Shown here piece by piece: positions 1 through 7,673 of a DNA stretch of 32,000 bases. The notes beneath the pieces are model-generated. The model did not search any database and was not told the DNA's origin. It saw only the letters and a program-made list of their open reading frames with translations. Each line of letters starts with the position of its first letter. The stretch's first letter is position 1. Origin of the DNA: Chthonomonas sp. GTDB lineage: Bacteria; Armatimonadota; Fimbriimonadia; Fimbriimonadales; Fimbriimonadaceae. The translations under genes and the position numbers were made by a program. The DNA is taken from contig JANPJF010000006.1 in assembly GCA_031425375.1 (NCBI GenBank), forward strand, positions 224,123-256,122, in the 5' to 3' direction.

Positions 1-556
1 TGACATCAACCTTGTCGCCCGGCACCGAGAACGACCGCTCGACCTGCCCCTTCATGAAGTCGGAACAAACGATCACCCGCCACGCTTCGTAGGTCAGCCA
101 ATACTCCATCTCGTGGATGTACTTTTGCATCGGCGTGAAGATGCCGCCGTTACGCCCTTCCTCGGTGGCGTGGACCGTGGCGACGACCGGAAGTTGGTAT
201 TCGTACTTCAATTCCCGCGCCGATTCGAGCGAAAGCCAGTCGTGAGCGTGGAAGATGGTCGGCTGACCGCCAGGACGCCAGTCTTCGAGCAATCGCCGGA
301 CTCTGAGGTCGGTCGCTTTATTCAGAAGCTGAATTTCATGGACAAAATTGTCCGGCTCCTTCTCCAGGTGGACACGATGGACATGGACCCCGCTCGGCTC
401 AATCTCCTCGTCAGGGGCGAGCGCGGTGTTCTTGGTCACGACATGAACCTCGATACCGAGTTTCACGAGTTCCTTGGAGAGATCGTAGACGTGGGGGCTG
501 ATTCCGCCAACAATCCGCGGAGGGTATTCCCAAGACAGCATCACCACGCGTAGCAC
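1..556 (-). CDS. Glycosyltransferase family 4 (GT-B, group 1), N-terminal ~185 aa; the C-terminus lies beyond the window edge
   Basis: My own minus-strand translation reads (V)LRVVMLSWEYPPRIVGGISPHVYDLSKELVKLGIEVHVVTKN...TIFHAHDWLSLESA...VVATVHATEEGRNGG...VIVCSDFMKGQVERSFSVPGDKVDV. The EYPP-x-x-GG and HAHDW motifs are typical of the GT4 N-domain. The ORF is missing from the track because it has no stop codon in the window. I prefer GTG at 556 over ATG at 541 because it keeps the first beta strand (RVVMLS). The track ORF 113..553 (+) is its antisense shadow. Confidence 0.75.
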   Translation of the reverse strand, partial: MLRVVMLSWEYPPRIVGGISPHVYDLSKELVKLGIEVHVVTKNTALAPDEEIEPSGVHVHRVHLEKEPDNFVHEIQLLNKATDLRVRRLLEDWRPGGQPTIFHAHDWLSLESARELKYEYQLPVVATVHATEEGRNGGIFTPMQKYIHEMEYWLTYEAWRVIVCSDFMKGQVERSFSVPGDKVDV

Positions 557-595
557 GGCTCATTTTAGCCAACTGCCGCGCCCATAATCTGGGAC
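557..595. promoter_or_regulatory. 39-bp divergent intergenic region with back-to-back -10-like hexamers (minus-strand TAAAAT at 562-567, plus-strand CATAAT at 583-588)
   Basis: TAAAAT ends 5 nt before GTG 556 on the minus strand. CATAAT ends 7 nt before ATG 596 on the plus strand. Neither start has a Shine-Dalgarno sequence and no convincing -35 is present. These are candidate leaderless promoters. Confidence 0.3.
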
Positions 596-2332
596 ATGGA
601 CGAAGCTTCAGCGAGAGTGGTGGAAACCGCGAAGCGCAAATTGGGAATGGGAGACGGGGAGGGAGCCGTGTCCTTGTTACGCGGCGCCCTTTCTCGCACC
701 CCCAATGACCCTGCGGTTAAGCTCGTGCTCGGACAAATTTTAATCGAGCTTGGAAAGCCTGCCGAGGCGATCATCGAGCTCACGGCGGCACTGGAAATCG
801 ATAAGTCTTCGGTCTCGGCGGCGTCTGCATTAGCTCTGGCGCTCCATCAAACCGGCGAGACCCTGGCCGCGCATGCGGTATTGCTTCCGTTTATCACGGC
901 TCATTTCGCCTCCTACGACGCGTATCTGAATTTTTCTCAAGTTTGTCTTGCCCTTGATCTGGGAAAGGAAGGAGCGCAGGCCGCGCGAAGGGCACTCGCT
1001 CTCGAGCCCAACTCCGCGGCGGCAGCAATAAACCTGTTTCTGTGCAACCGAACAGCAGATGACTTACAAGCGTGGCGCGAATTGTATGAAACCGCACTCG
1101 CACAGCCTGGCCTAGCTACTCTAAAGGCGGCAGCCGCGGAATCGCTCTACCTCTCCCGTCTCACCGAAGCCGAGGTAACCGCCGTCCACCAAGAGGTCGG
1201 AGACCGCCTCGCGAAGAACATCGCGCCAACTAGGCGCCACTCCGGTTCACGCGACCCGGAGCGACCTCTCAAGGTCGGATTCATTTCCCCCGACTTCCGT
1301 AGCCACCCCGTTGCGTCATTTGCGCTGAGCTTCTTAAATCATTGGAACGCTGAGCAGCTCCCTCCGACCTTTTACTCCCTGAACCCTCTGGAGGACGAGG
1401 TCACCGAGCGCTTCAAAGCGATGGGTCGTTGGCGTCCCTCGGCGGGTCAAAAGGCAACGGCGCTCGCATCGCAAATCATGGCCGACGGCATCGACGTCCT
1501 GGTTGACCTCGCGGGATACACCGTGGGCGGCAGACCGGAAATTCTCGCCATGCGCCCATCCCCAGTGGTCATATCTGCTATCGGCTACCCAGCCTCATTG
1601 CATCTGGAGCGGCTCGACGGCGAGTTCACCGATGAAATCGCTGCTCCGAGTGGCGTGACTGATTGGGTAAATCCGATCCGGCTCCCTAATCCATTCCTGT
1701 GCTACGCCCCGGTTGAGTCGATTCCCGACATTTCGGCAGCACCGAAGGAGAGCTTCCGCTGGGGAGTTGCGTGCAACGCAAAGAAGATCAACGTTGCCAG
1801 CGTCGAGCTTTGGGCATCGGTTCTTAACGCCACCCCTGGTTCGACCTTGCATTGTGGCTGCCCCGAGTTTAGTCGAGCCTCCGAGCTCGAGCGAGTGCGG
1901 CGCCTCTTCGACGAGGCAGGTGTCTCAGACCGCTGCGTTTTCTTCACCGGCGTCCGAAACTACTCACAGTATATGACTTTGTATAACTCCCTTGACACTG
2001 TGCTAGACACCTTCCCCTTCAACGGCGCGACCACGACGATGGACGCGCTTTTGATGGGGGTGCCCGTACTCAGCCTTTCCGGTGTATCGCATCGCTCGCG
2101 GGTGGGGGCATCGTTGCTCTCCGCGTTGGGCCGGCCAGATTGGGTCGCCAACACGCCGGAGTCGCTCCTAACGAAGGCCGTGAAGGTGCACAATGCCGGC
2201 AGTCCCGACCTAACTGCCCGAAAAACTCTCCGCGAACAAGTACAGAAATCCCTCCTCATGGACGGTGTCGAGTACGCGAAGAACTTTGCGCATGAGGTTC
2301 GAAATGCCTGGCACCGCTACTGTATTTCCTAG
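596..2332 (+). CDS. TPR-repeat protein fused to a GT41 (O-GlcNAc transferase / SPINDLY-like) glycosyltransferase domain, paralog 1 (most divergent)
   Basis: 578 aa. The N-terminal ~215 aa are TPR-like helices (GAVSLLRGALSRTPNDPAVKLVLGQILIELGKPAEAIIELTAALEID). The C-terminal blocks are RDPERPLKVGFISPDFRSHPV, IDVLVDLAGYTVGGRPEILAMRPSPVVISAIGYP, LDTFPFNGATTTMDALLMGVPVLSLSG and a terminal WHRYC. The usual FGSFNNxxK block is replaced by WGVACNAKK. Confidence 0.8.
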   Translation: MDEASARVVETAKRKLGMGDGEGAVSLLRGALSRTPNDPAVKLVLGQILIELGKPAEAIIELTAALEIDKSSVSAASALALALHQTGETLAAHAVLLPFITAHFASYDAYLNFSQVCLALDLGKEGAQAARRALALEPNSAAAAINLFLCNRTADDLQAWRELYETALAQPGLATLKAAAAESLYLSRLTEAEVTAVHQEVGDRLAKNIAPTRRHSGSRDPERPLKVGFISPDFRSHPVASFALSFLNHWNAEQLPPTFYSLNPLEDEVTERFKAMGRWRPSAGQKATALASQIMADGIDVLVDLAGYTVGGRPEILAMRPSPVVISAIGYPASLHLERLDGEFTDEIAAPSGVTDWVNPIRLPNPFLCYAPVESIPDISAAPKESFRWGVACNAKKINVASVELWASVLNATPGSTLHCGCPEFSRASELERVRRLFDEAGVSDRCVFFTGVRNYSQYMTLYNSLDTVLDTFPFNGATTTMDALLMGVPVLSLSGVSHRSRVGASLLSALGRPDWVANTPESLLTKAVKVHNAGSPDLTARKTLREQVQKSLLMDGVEYAKNFAHEVRNAWHRYCIS

Positions 2333-2355
2333 CCGGCCATAACGTCCACTGGCGA

Positions 2356-4122
2356 TTGGGCCAAAATAGCTCTGTGATTACCCTTGCAGACCAAGCCATC
2401 GAGCACGCGCTTCAGCTCTTCGCGAACGACCATCGCGAAAAAGCTCATGAGATGCTGGTGAAATTAGTCGAGGAAAATCCAGAAAAGGCGAAGGCGGTTC
2501 ATAGCCTCGCAATGATCCTGATGAACATGGATCGGGCGAATGAGGCTCTTCCCCACCTTCTCAAATCAATCGAACTGGAACCCAATAATTCGGTTTTCTA
2601 CTGCAATTTGGGCGCGTACTACACGCGGGTCAATGAACACGAACAATCTCTGATCGAGCTTTTCAAGGCGGTCGAAATCAACCCAAATTACACCGACGCG
2701 ATGCTGAACATCGGGCACGTGATGAGCATGTTGGGGCGATTTGATGAAGCCATCGAATGGGCCTCGAAGGCTCACGCCATCGTGCCTCAAGACGAGCAGC
2801 TCACGATGAACCTGTACACGTACCTGCGCGATCAAGATTTTGAGCGCGGGTTTAAGTTCCTCCGCGAGGCGTTGGTGAAGTATGACCGCCCCCACTTCTG
2901 GCGAGTGGTCTGCAGCGACTCTCTTTATTCAGATCAGATCAGCGAAGAGGACGTGGATGCGGTTCACTTTGAACTTGGGCAGAAAATCGCTTCCGGACTG
3001 CCCGCCACCCGCCGCTACATCAACAAAGCCGACCCGGAACGAAAAATTCGCATTGGGTTTATGTCGAGCGACTTGCGGCGCCATTCGGTGTCGTTTTTCC
3101 TCAAAGAGTGGCTCAGCAAACTCGACAAGGGTCGGTTCGAGATTTATTGCTACCTCGCCATGGGTGCGCGTGATGACATCAGCGACATGTACGAGGAGTT
3201 CTCCACGTTCAAGGTTGTACATGCCTCAAAGATCCAGTCGCTGGTGAACGTGATTTACAACGACGGAGTCGACATTCTGTTTGATCTGAATGGTCTCACC
3301 ATCGGTGGCCGACCGGACGTGCTTGCCGTCAAGCCTGCCCCGATCATCGTCTCGGCCATCGGCTACGCCCACTCCATTGGTCTTGACCGTATCGATTACC
3401 GAATCTCGGACGCAATTACCGACCCCGAGGGTAGCCAAGTTCACTACGCCGAGAAACTTGTCACCCTCGAAGGATGCTTCCTTTGCTACGGCGTGCTAGA
3501 CCCACTCCCGGATGTCGCCGAGATTGAGGACCGCCCCGTCACTTTTGGCTCGTTTAATAACCACCTGAAAATCAATCCGAGCACCGTGAAACTGTGGTCC
3601 GATGTCGTAAAAGCTAACCCGGGATCGGTGCTGGTTCTCAAGGCGCTTGGGCTTCGCCACCCACCCATCCGAAAAGCGGTGCTCGGATGGTTCGATCATG
3701 AAGGCATTGCCGACCGAGTGCGAATCTTGGAGCCGCAAGACGAAGTCGTGGCCCACCAGGCCATGTATAAGGAGATTGACATCACGCTTGACACCTTCCC
3801 CTACAATGGAACTACGACCACGATGGAATCGCTACTCATGGGCGTTCCGGTCATGACCCTTCAAGGCGACGTGCACCGAAAGCGCGTCAGCAGTTCCCTC
3901 CTCATCAACGCGGGATTCCCCGAATGGGTAGCCATGACCCAAGAAGAGTTCGTTGCGCTATCCCAAAAGATGGCCGCTGATATCAAGTCCATCCGAGCCG
4001 GACGAAAAGCCCTCCGCGCGAAGGTCTTCGCATCGCCGGTCATGGACTCCGACGCCTACTCAAAAAAGATGGCAGCGTTTATGGACAAAGCATGGCGCGA
4101 CTACTGCTCGACTAAGGCGTAA
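2356..4122 (+). CDS. TPR-repeat + GT41 (OGT/SPINDLY-like) glycosyltransferase, paralog 2
   Basis: 588 aa. TPR-like N-terminus (LEPNNSVFYCNLGAYYTRVNEHEQSLIELFKAVEINPNYTDAMLNIGHVM). GT41 blocks: DPERKIRIGFMSSDLRRHSV, VDILFDLNGLTIGGRPDVLAVKPAPIIVSAIGY, RIDYRISDAITDPEG, FGSFNNHLKINPSTVKLW, LDTFPYNGTTTTMESLLMGVPVMTL and a terminal WRDYC. The track start at 2356 is TTG, so the exact start is uncertain (in-frame GTG at 2374, and an in-frame ATG at codon 32, position 2449). Confidence 0.85.
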   Translation: MGQNSSVITLADQAIEHALQLFANDHREKAHEMLVKLVEENPEKAKAVHSLAMILMNMDRANEALPHLLKSIELEPNNSVFYCNLGAYYTRVNEHEQSLIELFKAVEINPNYTDAMLNIGHVMSMLGRFDEAIEWASKAHAIVPQDEQLTMNLYTYLRDQDFERGFKFLREALVKYDRPHFWRVVCSDSLYSDQISEEDVDAVHFELGQKIASGLPATRRYINKADPERKIRIGFMSSDLRRHSVSFFLKEWLSKLDKGRFEIYCYLAMGARDDISDMYEEFSTFKVVHASKIQSLVNVIYNDGVDILFDLNGLTIGGRPDVLAVKPAPIIVSAIGYAHSIGLDRIDYRISDAITDPEGSQVHYAEKLVTLEGCFLCYGVLDPLPDVAEIEDRPVTFGSFNNHLKINPSTVKLWSDVVKANPGSVLVLKALGLRHPPIRKAVLGWFDHEGIADRVRILEPQDEVVAHQAMYKEIDITLDTFPYNGTTTTMESLLMGVPVMTLQGDVHRKRVSSSLLINAGFPEWVAMTQEEFVALSQKMAADIKSIRAGRKALRAKVFASPVMDSDAYSKKMAAFMDKAWRDYCSTKA

Positions 4123-4128
4123 TCCAGA

Positions 4129-5919
4129 ATGGCGCAGCTCCCCCAGGAAGATTCTTCGTCGATGCAAAAAGTGCAGCGGCTAATGCTTTTAGGAGACTTT
4201 GCCGGGGCCATAATCCAGTGCGATAAGCTCGTTGAGGCGCATCCAGACGACGTTGTTCTTTTGCTCTTTCGGGCTAGGATTGCCGATCAGGCTCAGCACA
4301 CGGCTTATGCGGAAATCTTCTTTCGACGCGCAGCGACCGCGAGCACCCTTTCCCCGCTCGGGCACCGCCACTTGGCTGCATGGCTGCAGTCTCAGGGCCG
4401 GTCAAATGATGTCCTCGCGGCGGTTGATGATGGGCTAAAGCTCTTTCCCGATGACCTTCCGCTGCTGTCTATAGGGTTCAGAGCCGGAGCAAACGACGAC
4501 AACATAGCTTCCGCAATTCAGCGTCTGGAGGAACTCATACTCACTGAAGATGATGCGCAGGTGCTCTCGGATACGCTAAACCTGCTCAGCCCACTGTTCC
4601 AATCATTCGGAGAATCTGCATTCGTTGAGCGGTTGATCGGGCGCCTCGTTGAAATCGAACCCGCGAGTATTGACAACCGTCGGTGCCAAGCCTTCACGTC
4701 GCTTTACAACGATGCACTAGATCCAACAGATTTGGCGAAAATTCACTTTGAGTTTGGACAAATGGTCGAGGCCAGCATCGCGCCAAAATGGCCCCAGTTC
4801 TCCAACAATCGAAATGCGGATCGCAAGTTGCGGATCGGCTACCTCTCGCCAGATTTCAGAGCCCATGTCGTCGCAAACTTCAATCTGGGTTGGATAGAGA
4901 TGCACGATCCAGATGAAGTTGAAGTAACACTGTACATAGGAAACGCCCCCGACACGGTGACCGAGCGATTCATTGCCGCGTCAGAAAAGCACCGTTTCAT
5001 AAGAGACCTCTCCCCGATCGCAGTTGCGGAGAAAATCAAATCCGATAAGATCGACATCCTCGTTGACTTTGCGGGTCACACAACCGGTAGCTTGACTGCA
5101 ATGCTGGCCTTACGACCCGCTCCGGTCCAGGTGTCCTATGTTGGCTATGCCGCTACGACGGGTCTCTCGCGAATCGACTATCGCATTGTTGATGGCATCA
5201 CCGATCCTGAGGGAGCGGAGGAGCTGGCTAGTGAACGCCTATACCGCCTCGACCGGTGTTTCCTCGGGTACAAGCGGATCACCGAGTTGCCAGCACTAAG
5301 TAGCGCCTTACCTGACGTTCCTACCGCCGGGACGTTCAACAATCTCATTAAGGTATCCGACAGCACCCTCCGCGCCTGGGCAAGGATTCACCAATTGCAC
5401 CCAGAAGCACACCTCATCACCAAATGCCACCTCCCCACCTCTGAACCCCTGAGGCTCTTCAAATTGGCCAAGATGCGCGAAGTTTTAGAGAGGGCTGGGG
5501 GGGATCCTGACCGATTCGATTTGCTACCGTTCATCCTCAGTTATGAAGAGAGCCAACTTGCGTATGGTCAGTTAGACATCGCGTTAGACCCATTCCCATA
5601 CAACGGTACGACGACGACCTTCGAAGCTCTATCTATGGGCATCCCAGTTGTAACCTTACTGGGAACGGACCACCGCTCGAGGGTGAGTGCCAGTATCCTA
5701 GAGCATGTCGGCCTAAACCAATGGATTGCGAATTCGGTCGAAGAGTACGCCGAAATCGCGGCAGACTTGCTCAACAACCGAAAAGAGATTCTTGAGAAGC
5801 GCCCTGCGCTACGGGACTTGCTCCTCCAATCCGATCCCTGCAACCTTTCGGCGCATGTGACAGCTCTTGAGGATGCGTACCGCACCATGTGGCGGGACTA
5901 CTGCGAGGCTAAGGCGTAA
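4129..5919 (+). CDS. TPR-repeat + GT41 (OGT/SPINDLY-like) glycosyltransferase, paralog 3
   Basis: 596 aa. ATG lies 6 nt after the stop of paralog 2. Blocks: ADRKLRIGYLSPDFRAHVV, IDILVDFAGHTTGSLTAMLALRPAPVQVSYVGY, RIDYRIVDGITDPEG, AGTFNNLIKVSD, LDPFPYNGTTTTFEALSMGIPVVTL and a terminal WRDYC. Confidence 0.85.
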   Translation: MAQLPQEDSSSMQKVQRLMLLGDFAGAIIQCDKLVEAHPDDVVLLLFRARIADQAQHTAYAEIFFRRAATASTLSPLGHRHLAAWLQSQGRSNDVLAAVDDGLKLFPDDLPLLSIGFRAGANDDNIASAIQRLEELILTEDDAQVLSDTLNLLSPLFQSFGESAFVERLIGRLVEIEPASIDNRRCQAFTSLYNDALDPTDLAKIHFEFGQMVEASIAPKWPQFSNNRNADRKLRIGYLSPDFRAHVVANFNLGWIEMHDPDEVEVTLYIGNAPDTVTERFIAASEKHRFIRDLSPIAVAEKIKSDKIDILVDFAGHTTGSLTAMLALRPAPVQVSYVGYAATTGLSRIDYRIVDGITDPEGAEELASERLYRLDRCFLGYKRITELPALSSALPDVPTAGTFNNLIKVSDSTLRAWARIHQLHPEAHLITKCHLPTSEPLRLFKLAKMREVLERAGGDPDRFDLLPFILSYEESQLAYGQLDIALDPFPYNGTTTTFEALSMGIPVVTLLGTDHRSRVSASILEHVGLNQWIANSVEEYAEIAADLLNNRKEILEKRPALRDLLLQSDPCNLSAHVTALEDAYRTMWRDYCEAKA

Positions 5920-7673
5920 TGGTTCCATTAGCGGCGTTGATGCGCCTTGTTCAGAGTTCCGGAGTTTTCGCGGCTGCAAAAGAAAGTAGTAGAGAGTTTG
6001 AAGCGGGACGGTCCGATAGGGACTTTTTGCAACTGCATGCAAAGTTGTTAGAGGCAACGGGACGGCGACCTGAAGCTATTGATATCTGCCTTCAGCTTGT
6101 TTCGTCACACCCCCACGACGCGACCCTGATCTCCGAACTAGGTGTACTCTACGAGAATTCCGGCAACTATGAGGCCGCTCTGGAACTCCATGAAAGGGCT
6201 GTCAAAGTCGAACCAACGTCCCAGCGACACGACCTCGCAGTTAGACGGTGTCAAGTTCACTTAAAGGACTTCTTTTCCGGGCTCGATGCGCTCATCGCTG
6301 CAGCAGAGGGCTGTCCAGACGACAGCGTATGCTATGAGAACTTCTACGCCGCAATGCACTTCGCCAAATCGGTTGGCGATCTTCCCAGAGCGACGCAGGT
6401 GGCCAAGCACTTGCAGACGCGGTTTGCACGAAACACGATAGCCGAGCTGCTGCTCCCGGTGCTGGCTTTGTACAGTGAAGAGGAGACCGGAGAGAGTCTT
6501 GATCTCCATCATACGACGTCCATGAAAACCCTGGACCCACGCACTCCATTCGGTCGAGGTACGTACAACTTAAATCAAAATCCAGATCGTGACCTGCGAG
6601 TCGGGTTTATCAGCGCCGATTTTCGGCGACATTCAGTGGCGCACTTCGTGCAAGCTTTGTTATCGCATTCCTCAGACTCGCGTCTACGCGTGATGGCATA
6701 TATGGTTGGCACCGCAGATGACGTCACGCCATCCCTCGTGGGCGCCGCTGACCGCGCCAGGATCTTTGAAGTTACGGATGTAACTCGCATTTGTGCGCAA
6801 ATTCGGGCTGACAAAATTGATGTTTTAGTTGACCTTTCGGGACCGACTTCAGCCACCATCGTCGAAATCATGCTCCGCTCGCCGGCCCCTGTTCAGATAA
6901 GTATGATTGGCTACCCCCACCACTTTGGTTCAGATCGAGTGCCTTATCACGTATCGGACTCGATTGCTGACCAATCAGCTTCGGTAGGGCGCGCCATGAA
7001 ACTGCGGATGAATCGCTGCTTTCTAAACTATGTCCCGTTGGAAGGTCAACCGCCCAGCCCCATTCCGTTGAAGCAGGCGTTCGGCAGTCTAAACAACCCG
7101 TTGAAGCTGGAGCCGAGCGTCCTCGCTGCATGGAGTCAAATCCTGGGGCAGTGTCCTCACGCAAGCTTAATCCTGAAAGGCGCCAGTTACTTTGGAGAAA
7201 GCTACCGACGTGCAGGAGCGAAACGTCTGCATGAGAGCTTCGCTCGACTGGGGGTCGACCCTGAAAGGATCATCGTTCAGGATTACACTCGTGATCATGC
7301 TGAACCATTTGAAACCTATCGCGAAATCTCGGTTGCCCTTGACCCGTTTCCGTATAACGGAACAACGACTACTCTAGAGGCACTCGCCGCCGGTGTACCT
7401 GTCGTGACGCTAGAAGGGCATGATCACAGGAGTCGGGTAGGAGTCAGCGTTCTTTCCCACCTCGGAAAAAGTGAGTGGGTCACGCCAAACATCGAGGGTT
7501 ATGTACAAACCGCCGTGCGTCTGATGGAGGACACCCAGACCCTCTCGCAGATTCGGGAAGATCTTCCAAGTCAGCTAAGGAAGAGCCAAATAATGGATGG
7601 GGCCAGCTATCGAGCTGAGTTCGAGAATCTAGTCCGTCAAGCATGGACTACTTGGTGCGAGAACTCTGACTAG
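5919..7673 (+). CDS. TPR-repeat + GT41 (OGT/SPINDLY-like) glycosyltransferase, paralog 4
   Basis: 584 aa. The start overlaps the stop of paralog 3 (TAATG). TPR-like N-terminus (ISELGVLYENSGNYEAALELHERAVKVEP). Blocks: PDRDLRVGFISADFRRHSV, IDVLVDLSGPTSATIVEIMLRSPAPVQISMIGYP, FGSLNNPLKLEP, LDPFPYNGTTTTLEALAAGVPVVTL and a terminal WTTWC. Confidence 0.85.
   Translation: MVPLAALMRLVQSSGVFAAAKESSREFEAGRSDRDFLQLHAKLLEATGRRPEAIDICLQLVSSHPHDATLISELGVLYENSGNYEAALELHERAVKVEPTSQRHDLAVRRCQVHLKDFFSGLDALIAAAEGCPDDSVCYENFYAAMHFAKSVGDLPRATQVAKHLQTRFARNTIAELLLPVLALYSEEETGESLDLHHTTSMKTLDPRTPFGRGTYNLNQNPDRDLRVGFISADFRRHSVAHFVQALLSHSSDSRLRVMAYMVGTADDVTPSLVGAADRARIFEVTDVTRICAQIRADKIDVLVDLSGPTSATIVEIMLRSPAPVQISMIGYPHHFGSDRVPYHVSDSIADQSASVGRAMKLRMNRCFLNYVPLEGQPPSPIPLKQAFGSLNNPLKLEPSVLAAWSQILGQCPHASLILKGASYFGESYRRAGAKRLHESFARLGVDPERIIVQDYTRDHAEPFETYREISVALDPFPYNGTTTTLEALAAGVPVVTLEGHDHRSRVGVSVLSHLGKSEWVTPNIEGYVQTAVRLMEDTQTLSQIREDLPSQLRKSQIMDGASYRAEFENLVRQAWTTWCENSD

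Noticed and set aside
113-553. 146-aa plus-strand ORF from the track
   Set aside because: It lies entirely antisense to a clearly recognisable GT4 glycosyltransferase reading frame (MLSWEYPPRIVGG...). Its own sequence is R/H/D-rich with no recognisable motif. It is a shadow ORF.
596-7673. Whether the four-paralog array is a recent assembly or duplication artefact, such as a collapsed or expanded repeat
   Set aside because: The paralogs are strongly diverged at both protein and nucleotide level. Only short blocks and the 24-nt junction are shared. They differ in length and have unrelated TPR regions, so the duplications are ancient and the array is not an assembly artefact.
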